A stretch of 64,000 bases of DNA from Convolutriloba macropyga (Eukaryota): positions 73,036,001 through 73,100,000 of the forward strand of contig NC_134473.1 in assembly GCF_964194025.1 (NCBI RefSeq), given 5' to 3'. The notes beneath the pieces are model-generated. The model was not told where the DNA came from. It saw only the letters and a program-made list of their open reading frames with translations, and did no database searches. The position numbers were made by a program, and so were the translations under genes. Of the stretch, positions 35,464 to 46,600 are shown piece after piece (position 1 is the first letter of the stretch; each line of letters begins with the position of its first letter).

Positions 35464-35920
35464 ATTTGATTGTTCTTATTTGAGGGGGATTAAATCAAAA
35501 TCTCTGACCTTCTCTGAAAAAACCTGGTTTTTTCGAGATTTTGATTCAGGGTTGGTTGTGCCCTCCCCTTCAGTAGTTGACTGTTCCAATGATTAGTCCT
35601 GCAGTTGTCGCTGATAAGTAACGAGCACATTTTCAATAAATTTTTCCTTTTTTTGTAATCTTTGATGTAAGTCAAGATATAATTTGTAGGAAGTTTCCTT
35701 TTTTTAGTTGAACCCATTCAGTTAGGGAAAGTAATGAAGGATCAGTTTGTTCATTTAGATTGAAATGCTCCTGGCTTTCTAGTTGAATGTTATTAGAGTT
35801 TGTCATAGACATTGCAATTTCTGTATTTTTGAATGAAAAAGGTCAAGTTTATTTTTGCTGTGTCTGCATAAGTGTAAAATCGATCAATGTTTCAAAAGAA
35901 GAAAGGTCAACTGTAATATT

Positions 35921-36038
35921 TGAAAGTTATTCGCTTGTCTGAAAATTATTCGCTTGTCTGAAAGTTATTCGCTTGTCTGAAAGTTTTTCGCTTGTCTGTG
36001 AAAGTTATTCGCTTGTCTCAAAAGTTATTCGCTTGTCT
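35921..36038. repeat. 19-21 bp tandem repeat x6 in the LINE 5' UTR
   Basis: (GAAAGTTATTCGCTTGTCT)n. Confidence 0.9.
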
Positions 36039-36271
36039 ATTTAATAAGTTTATCACAACAGTTAGGCTAATTAGGCAAAAATATAAGCACTAGATTTTTG
36101 TGGTTCTGAGAAAGTTGACTGACATTGTGTTCAGCCGACCAGAAAAAAATGGGAAACTTAGTCGATAGCATAATTTTTATTTGCCGAAAAATCTGAATAG
36201 TTTTTTTCCTCCTGTCAGTCAATATTCGACGATCTGTTGATCTGGCTGAATCTAAAACTGATCTGTTTCAG

Positions 36272-37158
36272 CTGGCGCTGTTTATGTGAGCGAGAGCACA
36301 CTCAATACGTACAGATACACAAGTCTAATATTTCTAATTTTCACTCACATATTATCATTTTCTGCTCTTGTAATCTTATGCTTAAGCGTTGCCAAACGTA
36401 TCAAAACCAGGCCACAATTTTGCCTTAAATCTGGAGTCATAGTGATAAATTTGAAAGTTTTCACAATATTGGTAGCCTACAATGTTTACGTTGCTATGAC
36501 GTCAGCCTTCACTTGGACTGGAATTATGATAATAATGGCATTTGTCTTGGCTTTAATCGAGTTATGCTTATTGAACTCTGTTGTATACGTTTATGCTATA
36601 CAGAGTTTAGGAGTTCAATACAACAGAAGGTCGACACTTGGACGCTCATTTGGCCGAAAAACCGAAAATTTGCCAAATAGCCGAATGAAGCAAAACGCTC
36701 GCTTTGCAGAACCCTTGCAAAATTTTGAGGAGAACCCTTCTTTTACCCGCTATGAAAACAACACGGAATTTCAGCAAGAACCGCGACGATTCACAAAACG
36801 ACGAGTTTCAACAAAAAGTTCCTCCGAATCAGTAAAAATTGTTGTTCCCATGGAATCCGTTGCAGATCCGGTTCAAAAAGCCGAAATTCAACCAGCCGAC
36901 GATTTTGAGCGATCACGAGCAAATGTTGAGAAGCCCGACTTGCGATTGCCATCTGTTAGTCCAAAAGTTGCGCCAAAACAAGCTGTTAAAATTGACGCTC
37001 CAGAATCGCCGGAGGGCGCTGACGTCCCAAAGAAAAAGAGAGTAAAAGTTAAGAGGAAGAAAACACAAGGACACGAGGAGTTGAAAAAGGCACTCCGAGA
37101 ATCAAAGAAAGTAGGCAAAAATAATGCGAATATCAAGAATCACCAAGATAAAAAGTAA
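36272..37158 (+). CDS. Terminal exon of the four-TM protein: three TM helices and a long basic, low-complexity cytoplasmic tail
   Basis: Acceptor CTGTTTCAG|CT (phase 1) and an open frame of ~295 codons; hydrophobic YTSLIFLIF..CLSV, GVIVINLKVFTILVAYNVYV and FTWTGIMIIMAFVLALIELCLL; K-rich tail. Confidence 0.75.
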
Positions 37159-38282
37159 CTGAATCCTTTCAATCTTTTTAATGTTTTAGAGTTTCGCCAT
37201 ATCAAATTGAAATCTTTGATAAACTTGCTTTGCTGCAGCAATGAGTTTCTGAGCTACAGACGCCTGTTGATTTTTTTTATTAAAATTCACCTCAATTCGG
37301 ACTGTTAGTTTCACGAGGAAACCTTTTCCTTTTGGTGACTCTCATCACTATTTTGCGTCTGAACTTGGCACCATCATTGCAGCCCATATAGGTCAAGCTA
37401 TGGCCAACTTGCAGCTATAGTTCACTGCAATCTCATCCTCACACAGACAGCTTCACGAAGGCAGGTGACTAAACCCTTAATCACTGAACCCTTTAACATC
37501 TCAAATTTTGGCATGGAAGGAACTCAAAGATTTAGTGACGCTAGTTGGCAACGGTTCCTACTACAGGTAAATTTTTGCCCTGTACAAAATTGATCAAAAC
37601 GCAGATAATATCAAAAATTGTTATTCTGTTTCGTGGAGTTCTCAAAACTGAATTTTGGACCAATTAAATAGTTTCCGAAACATTTTTGTTCTGTGTTTTT
37701 TTTTCTGGGACTCGCATGCAAAAAAGCGACATGATCTGAAATTTCCTCTGTATAAAGATTTAGAGAAAATAAAACTATTAATTAGATATATTTTATTAAC
37801 TGAAAAAAAATTTCCGTCGGAATATAACCCAAAATCGGTAATTAAATCTAAGAGATTTAATTTTTCTCAATAATTTGTAATTCTGTTTCCAATTTTTCGG
37901 TTTCCAGTTTTCTTAAATGAATTTTCATTTTTGTTTTTAATTTATTTAATTACATTAAGAGTAGAGCTCCCGAAATTTCAAGGGCCTAAAAAGTCAAACA
38001 AAAAACGTTTGAAAAAAAAATGTAATTTCAGTTTGCTTTCATTTTGCATAAAAAAATTCATTTCAAATTTCGAAACTTCACTCCAATTACCAAGTTCTAT
38101 TTGCTAAAACAGTTGTCGGTTCTCTTACGTAACACTTCCGTATCCTCAAACTTTCTTGTGGTAGCAAACATTTTAAGTAATTGATGCAAAATCCTTGCCG
38201 TTTTTAAAGATCAGAGAGTTTGAGATTGTTCAGGACTCATGAACACATCACAGCAGTCTGCTTTGTAAGAGACTGGTCAGAA

Positions 38283-38785
38283 CTCTGTGCCGTATGTAAT
38301 CCCAAGAATTTCAGTTTTTGCATCAAATATATGCTATTGTTCAAAGCTTTTTACATTTATTCTACAAAGATGTCATGTTGTAACTTACCTTGCAAACTAA
38401 TTCCGAAATGTAAAAAATTATTTGGAAAATTCGTTAGATTAAAAATATCTTTCGCGTTATTAAACTTTTTGTTCTAATTTTTCTTTCAAAAAGGATTCTA
38501 GGCCCTGAAGTTAAATTCCAATGAGTTTTTGCGTTTCTGTGCCGTATGTAATCCCAAGAATTTCAATTGTGCATCAAATAGAAGCTATTGTTCAAAGCTT
38601 TTTACGTTTATTCTACAAAGATGTCAAGTTTTAACTTACTTGGCAAACTATTTCCGAAATGTCAAAAATTATTGAGAATATTCGTTAGATTTTTAAAAAA
38701 TCTTTTGCGTTATTAATCTCTTTGTTCTGTTTTTTGTTTCAAAATGGATTCTAGGCCCGGAAGTTAAATTCCAATGAATTTTTTT
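38283..38785. repeat. Tandem duplication, ~250 bp x2
   Basis: TCTGTGCCGTATGTAATCCCAAGAATTTCA..GAAGTTAAATTCCAATGA occurs at ~38284 and ~38536. Confidence 0.9.
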
Positions 38786-39565
38786 ATGGCTATCGGCTAA
38801 CTTTGCGCGTTCACATGTATTCACTTTTATCATTACAGCTGCCTAATCAATTGCACTCAACAAAAATTTTGACACGCTCCTTAAACGAGCTTGTATTTTT
38901 TAAGCGATTACTGTACTATCATAGCTTTTCTGATCGTTTCCATTTCTCACTGACATATTTCGTTTCATCTGTTATGAGAAACAGAGTCAGTTAAATTGCT
39001 TCTAATGCCTTAATTTCCTGAGCAGTTATGAAAAAGCTTTAATAGCATTTATTTGTTGTCTCAGATTTAGTTTATTTTTTTGTCAAAACTTTGTTTTTGA
39101 AAAAAATTTGTTTTAAGTCTTGGTAACACTTTTTGGTTTTAATAGTTTGGTTGCTGAATTTGAGATGATTGAGATGAGTACTGGGCCAAAAATATGTATT
39201 CAATCAATTTTTTAACTGAAACCTGGTTGATCTACTTCTTCACCCTGTAATATTAAGGAAAAAACTCTACTTCATTTTTTCTTGGGGATTTAAAAAAGAA
39301 ATTTAAATGTCGCTGATAACTTTAGACTAGTTTAACAAATAAATCAATTAATATGGCCAAACACTGAATTCCAGTCCCATCTATCTGGATGCGTACAATC
39401 ATGTTTCAAAGCTGTGTATCCTTGTTTAGCTCCCATCAACTCGGGTAACTGAAATTTGAAGAAAGACTTTCATCATTCCGTAACAGCTATAATCAAAATT
39501 GGAATATAACTCCACTTTATTCGGGTCTAAAGATGCCACTGATCTGACATTCAGACAGTTTGTAA

Positions 39566-39804
39566 CTCGGGTTGAGACGGAATGATTAACTTGTAAGAAC
39601 TTGCAAGTTTCTTTCAAAAAATGGTTAACTTGTACGAAATTTTAAGTCGAATGGTTAACTTGTAGGTCTTTGTAAGTCGAATGGTTAACTTGTAAGAACT
39701 AGTACGTTTTTGGACGAAAAACTTGCAAGGCGATCCATCGCCTTGTAAGAATTTGAAAGAAACTCGCAAGTTCCTACAAGTTAACCATTCAAATTCGACC
39801 CGAG
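39566..39804. mobile_element. CMC/EnSpm-type MITE
   Basis: AA|CTCGGGTTGA...TCGACCCGAG|AA, with internal AATGGTTAACTTGTA repeats and an inverted copy at the right end. Confidence 0.72.
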
Positions 39805-40627
39805 AACACAGATAGTAAAACTAGAATTTAAATTCGTCAATTTTCCTGCTGCTTCTAAACAATCCCAAATTTACCATTATCATATGAATCGGACAGGAAT
39901 TTTTAACAATAATTAAACTTTTCCTGTCCAAAACCAACAGTATTAGACCATTAGAATTCTGGGCACAAGGACTATAATTTAACCCTCTTTTCTATTTGTG
40001 TAGCGGACTTTTGTCAACTTTAACAATTTTGATTTCCTAAAAATAATGGGATTACAAACTATTTCTTGAAATTATTTTTCTGATGATCCGTGTGTTATAT
40101 CCCGATTTAGCGTGAGTGCACAACAAAAGTTGCCTGATATCAGATTCAGCTTTTACGTTTGACCTCTAACCGGCTTCCTCTCTACCGTTTTTCAATTCTG
40201 GAAAAATTTGCCAGAAATAGGCTCCATAAATTTTTTCTTGCCGAAAAGCAGTTTTAAAGAAATTGTTTGAACATTCTTGAATTAGTATTAAATGTTTTCT
40301 TAAAAAAACAAAATTCTCCAAAAGCTGGATTTTGTTACATCTGATAATCAGGAAAACGCTAAGACTACCCATGTCACTGCAAATCTTTTCTTATTATCTT
40401 ACCAAGATTCTCTTTCTATCCTGCCCACACCCATGTACATCGAGCAACTAATATAAATATACAGTGAAAATTTTTATCAACAACTTGACCAGATTAGCCA
40501 TTTTTAAGCTTATGTCAGGTCGAAGCTATCACATTCAATGGCAGTTGGCCACTGATCACCCGTGATCTGAACCCTAGCGCGACCTCAACGGTAAAATTTA
40601 CAAAAACTAAATGTCAAGCGTTGCGGG

Positions 40628-43600
40628 TGTTTTCTACTTATTTACAAGAGATTTCCAGTTTACTATGAATTGCTAGGTTGCACAAGTGGGTAAAACATAA
40701 AACCCGCAAATTTTACAAATCAAAACAAATCGGAAGTCATCAATCAATCAAAACAAATTAAGGAAATCAAGCTTGTGCTTGAACACTCCGGGCCACTTGC
40801 ATGAAGGTTAAACAGAATACTCTTGTTGTATGTTACAATTTAAGATTTCGACAATCAAGTTTTCATGATTTTTTTGCTAATTTGTATTTTCAACATTGTT
40901 TTGTAATGTCGAAGGTGTAAAGACGATCTGTTGTAATAATTAAGGGCATTTTTGTTTTCCTGAGTGTGTGTGTGTGTAAAATTGTTCTACACTCTTCCAG
41001 GGCAGCATATACACCCGCTATGTGTTGGTGAAAGTTGGTGATCATACGTTTGCATCGACGTTTTAATTTGATTCGTGGTAATCGGAATATTGTGTTGTTG
41101 AATGACATGGATGTGTGAAAGTAGTTAATAGGCTTCATTGGGGCTACTAAATCGCCTTCCAGACTAATAACCAGACTAAATCGCCTTCTTTCAATCCCTC
41201 TGATTCTGTTCTCCACTTTGGGTGGCTGATAAGATCTGATGTGTACTCCTTTTGCAAAAGTTTCCAAAAATGATCCAGTAATGTTTGTGTGTAAGAAATA
41301 TCCTTTTTACTGAATTTTTGGCTGGTTGATGTCAGCGGTGCTAAAGGGCTGTAAGGGCGTCTTAATAAAAAATGATTAGGTGTTAGTGCTTCCTCGTCGT
41401 TTGTGTCTGAGGAGACATATGTAATTAGCCTGTTAGGAAATCCTTCAGTCTCGGCTACAATTGTCTGAAAAATTTCGGCTATCAATTGTTGGATGCCTAA
41501 ATTTATAAGGAAAGTGCGTTTTGGCAGACTGAATTAGCCTTTCCCATACGCCAACGAAATAAGGGTCTAGAGGTGGATTCAGTTTCCATGTAATATTTTT
41601 TCAAGCACAAGCTTGATTTCCTTAATTTGTTTTGATTGATTGATGACTTCTGATTTGTTTTGATTTGTAAAATTTGCGCGTTTTTTGTTTTACCCACTTG
41701 TGCAGCCTAGCAATTCATAGTAAACTGGAAATTTCTTGTGAATAAGTAGTAAACATTGGTGACGTTTTTTAACGACAAACACATTGAAAGCAACCAAACT
41801 TCTGAAATTGAAAAAAAGTTAACAAAATCAGGGAGTACTTCAAAAATTTTTCTCAATACTATTTCCATTGTTCCTTTAATTCAAAATGTTTGCTGTATTT
41901 TAGAACCCTTTAGAAAGGAGCCGTCATTTAGCGACAGTAACGAAGAACCATAATAAAGATGATAGAGATTTGAAAAAAAGAAGAAAGAAAGGAAAATAGA
42001 TAAAAACAAAAATGTGTCACAAGAAATGACGTCTACAGAAGATTGTCTCTCCGCAACCAAATAGTCCTTGTTTCATTTTCAAATTATAACGAAGAACAAA
42101 GTTAACAAAAAAATCAAAGGGTCTTCATCCGAAGTAACATTTATATAATTTTATACCTATAAATTACCTACTAATATCATATTTATTTATTATAAGACAT
42201 TCATATCGTTTTTCCAATTTGCGATTTTGGTGCTCGATGTAAAAGCGTCCGAAAAAGTCTAAGCCAACATTTAGAAAATGATATTGTTTTTGTGCTTTGC
42301 GAATTGGAAACTGGGAAGGTCAGCCAGGGAAGGGGGGTAATAATTTGTGCTCTCCATCGTCGGCAACTGAAGCATGTTTTGCTTAGTTGTTTCAAAAATC
42401 GTCTTAATCCTATGATAATGAAATCTTGCTGCAGGTGTGCGCGCACAAACTCTGTTCCAAGATGTCTACAGTCTTTCTGGGCTTGCTCAATTATTAATTT
42501 GGTAATATTATTCTTACTGTCAAGAATAACTGGATGTTTCGGGCTGTAGGGTATTTTAGCGTGCTTTAATCTGCCTCTTGCTCGTATTGAACCATTTTTG
42601 TCCCGGAAGGGAGTGAACTGTAATAACTTGTCCTTTTTGTCTAGTTCATTCAAGGTTTCTTATGGTTTCAGAAAAGGTTTTATGCTGTGATTGTCTCAAT
42701 AGATGGTGTCTTCATCACTGTTTGTGACTGGTCGTTTTTGGAAGATATTGACTGCTTTCATTACTGTTTCGGTTCGTCGCATAAGTTTTTTCCAACTAGA
42801 AAAATCATTAGTGTCAATAACTGTGTTTGAAAATTCTGTAAGCAAAACTTTTGTCGTTGTAAATTGCTGGTCTATTTGGAAATTTGGAAAGGGATTTTTT
42901 AGGAGAATGACTGCCATTTTTCTTTTCAAGTCTGTTAAAGAAAATCCTCTTGTTCCGTAATCTGCTGGGTTGATTTTACCGGGTACAAAATTTTATTTTC
43001 CTGACTTAGAGTTTGCTAAATTTTTTGCATTTTTATTTGCTACAAAAATTTTTGGTGCTTTGTTGATTTAATCCAACCTAATGTAGCCATACTGTCATCC
43101 AGAATTGAATTTTGTCAAAGTGTGCTGTCATTTGGCTTCGCACAAAGGAAGCAAGTTCTGCTCCCATAGCTGCCGCTTCAAGTTCTAACTTGGGGATGGT
43201 TGTTGTTTTAATGGGTGCAACTCTTGCTTTGCTAACAACATATTGAGTTGTTATTTCTTCTGCGCTGCTTGATCTGATGTATACTGTCGCTGCTATTGCT
43301 GTACTTGATGCATCGCAAAATATGTGAAGTTCATGCTTAGCATCTGGGTTGGCGATCAGACATCTGCTAATAGAAATTTCTGGCATCTGCTCATATTCGT
43401 CGACCCTTTGCTGTAAGTCGTGTTGGATCTCTCTTGGAATCTGATTGATCCAGTTGTTACATTATTTCACTACTGATTGGAAAATGCATCGTACTCTAAT
43501 GGAAAACGGCGTGATGAATCCAAGGGGATCGAACAATGATGCGGCGAGTGACAGCAATTGACGTTGTTGCAAGCTCTTGACATCCAGTTTTTACTCTGGT

Positions 43601-46600
43601 TTTTTGAAGATGAAAATATCGTCCTTGGAATTCCACATTTGTCCTAAAATACGTTGCTTTGTCGCTGTGTCTGCACTTTGTCCAATTATTTTCATGACGG
43701 TGTTTGGGTCGTTACTAAAAATTTTGGAAGCTTAAAGCCACCTTTTTGTAGTGTATCCTTTACTTCTGTTGTTGTGATTGCTGCGTTTTCGGTTGTCTTG
43801 AAACTTTGAATGTAATCATCCAAGAAGAAATTGTTTCTTATGGCTGAGTAGGCTTCAGGACTACTTATTTTGTTATATTCCGCACATCTGTTGAGTAGGT
43901 ATATTGCAAATGAAGGGGAACAAGTTGCACCAAATATTAGTTTCCTAAACTTGAAAATTTTTTCTTCTCCATCTTTGTTCCAGAAAAATCGTAGTGCGTC
44001 TTGATCTTCTTTTCTTATGGCAACTTGCATGAACATCGCTTCGATATCACCAGTTACTGCAACCTTGTACTGCCGAAATCTCAGAAGAAGTCCAACAAGG
44101 CTGCATAGTAGATTTGGCCCGGTCAAAAGAGCTTTGTTATGTGAATGTCCCTTGTATACTGAAGCTGCATTTGTGACTTGTCTTATTTTTTTCTTCATTT
44201 TATGTTCAACGGGGTGGTGTGGGAGATACCAAAGTTGTGAATTTATAAAAGTGGGTTGACATTGTGTCTCTTCAATAAATCCTTTTTCGATGTCTGTTTC
44301 GATGGTTTGGTTGTAACGACAAAATAGTTTTGGTTCCTGTTGAAGTCAGTTTCCAAGTGACTGTAATTGTGCTTTGGCAAGAAAGTAGTTGTTCGTTAGT
44401 TTAGTTTAATCGTTCCAAGGTAGTCCTATCTTATGACAAAAACCATTGTGGCATGTCGTTCTTTTTAGTGTTTCAAGAGCTTTCCTGTCATCTGCAGTCA
44501 ATGTCTTTTTTCTACTCACTAAATTTTTCCCTCCATTGTCCAAAACATTTGAAGCATGTCGTTCTCTATATCCTGTTCTGGGTTTTTTATCCTGTTGTAA
44601 AGCGTGATGTTGTAATTGACTTCTTGTTTATTACTGGTTGGCTTGTATTTCTGTGGTATTGGTCCTGTAACGGTCCGTCAAAGCTGGGTCAAGGCTGGTT
44701 ATGGGGTTCCTGGTGGGCCATTTGTGAATTTGAGTGGTACTGTTGCTATGAAGGCATCCGCTCCGATTAAAGATCCTATTCTGTTATCTCATATTTGTGG
44801 AAAAGTAATGTTGTTAAGATGATCGTATTCGGCGCAGATAGAGTTCAACATCTCAACGGGTACATTCGGCATTTGAAAGTCAGATGCTGACTTGTTGTAC
44901 ACCGGTAGGTTGAAAAGAGGTCGGGTGCTGTTGAGTGATCCAATTCCCAGAAGGACTTCAGTTGATGTTATGATGTGATCTCCATGAAGTGAAAAAATTG
45001 GTACTGCAATGTGATCTATGATTTTTATTCCGAGTGCTTTTGCCGTTGAGTTCGTTATTTGTGTGTTGTCGCTCCCGCTATCCAAAAGAGCATATGTTTC
45101 TATTGATACGTCTTCTGTGTAAGGGATAACCGGAATGGCTTGAAGTTGAACTTGAGGTCGTATCCATGAACTGATTTGGTTGTTACGGCATTTGTGATTT
45201 TCTGGTCGTGGTTTGCTGTTGTTTTTGTTAAAGTTTTGTTGCCTTTGGCTTTGATTTTGTGTGTCTGTTTGATTATGAGAATGTCCGGTGTTGTGTTGTC
45301 TTTAATTTGCATTTAGCATGAAATTGTTCGGATTGTTATAATTTCTATTGAAGGTGCTTCCATTGTTGTTGTTGAGATTGTAATTCTGATTGAAACGGTT
45401 AGTCTTATTGTTTTGACCAAGAGAGTTAGGTGTGTTGTTGTTATGATTGTAACCAACCACTCTTCCATAGTTGAATCCATGTGGTTGAAACTGTGATCTG
45501 TTGGCAGTTATCGGTGTGTGGTATCCGATATTCTGTTGACCACGATTGTTGTGACAATTGTTTGCAAAATGGTTTTGAACCTGGTTGTTTGTTTGTTGTT
45601 GATGTTGTTGCTGTTGGTTCTTTTGCTGTTGCTGAGTTGGTGAAAAAAGACTGTGGACTGTTGAAGTTGTTTCTGTGAATTGTTGAGTGATGAAATACGT
45701 TGCAGTTTTCGATGCGACATCGGTAGTGACTGTTACACTGTCCTTTTGGCTGTTCGATGAGGCAATTTTTGCAAATTTTCAGTTGTCTTACTGTTAAGTG
45801 TCTTTCGTTAAGATCTTTTTTGAGGAATTGGTTGCGTTTTCCTAAGTTGTGGCCGTATCCACATAGTGGGCATCTTTTGTTACTTCGCTGTTGGAAGAGT
45901 CTCATTGATCTTCTAGATGAACTGTTTTCTTGATTGATTGGTCTTTGTGATGTTGACAAATCTTCGCAAGCTTCAGCGTAATTATCGATCCAGTCCTTAA
46001 AATGTATTAAATTAGGTTGAACAATAGTGTTCCAACTTATCAAGGTAAGCTGCTGTAACAAGTTGTGGTTTCACGAATCGTTTTTGTAATTCTTGCATTG
46101 CCTCATTATAAAACTCTCCGTTGTATGCGTATCCACTGATGCTATCTTTGGCTCTGTCTGTGAGTGTGTTCTGAAGATGTGTCATCGGTTGGGAATTTGT
46201 CAGTGTTACATTGTCTTGTATTGTGGCTTTGAAAAAAACTAAACCATTCGTGCCATTTCAAGGGATCTCCGCTGAAAGATTTGAGTTGAGTTTTTGGAAG
46301 ATTAATGCTGGATGTGACAGTTTGTTGCTGTGCTTAACGTGGCAAAAAAATTTTTTCTGTTGTCTGTGTATGTTGAAACTGTCTGTCTGGTTGTTGGTCA
46401 GCTCTGTTGATGTAATTTGGTAGTCTTTGGTCTTTTGCGTTGATATTAAAATTGCAAAGATTGTTGTTCGTTTATGGGATTAGGTTGTTGACGGTTTTTC
46501 TGCTCAAATCTCTCTCATTTGATTGGTTACTTCTATTAAAATTGTTCGCATTTCGATAGAAATCGATGCTTTGAGGACATTGCCTCTTGATTTTAATTAT

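Larger units (their letters stand above)
31640..36140 (-). mobile_element. Near full-length, inactivated CR1/L2-group LINE (esterase ORF1; 2A-APE-RT ORF2)
   Basis: Colinear ORF1 (coiled coil + SGNH), APE (FLHLNVRSI, LSETWL, GGGVLL, MGDYNIN) and RT (YRSISLTP, GIPQGTVLGPLLF, QYADDT) with several frameshifts; the 3' boundary is approximate. Confidence 0.9.

Noticed and set aside
40612-40627. Alternative LTR start TGTCAAGC forming an inverted repeat with GCTTGAACA
   Set aside because: The GCGGG TSD and alignment to the other LTR place the boundary at 40628
40890-41140. Possible extra (env-like) ORF after the second BEL integrase
   Set aside because: Short, no signal peptide, TM or furin motif, and inside a heavily decayed element
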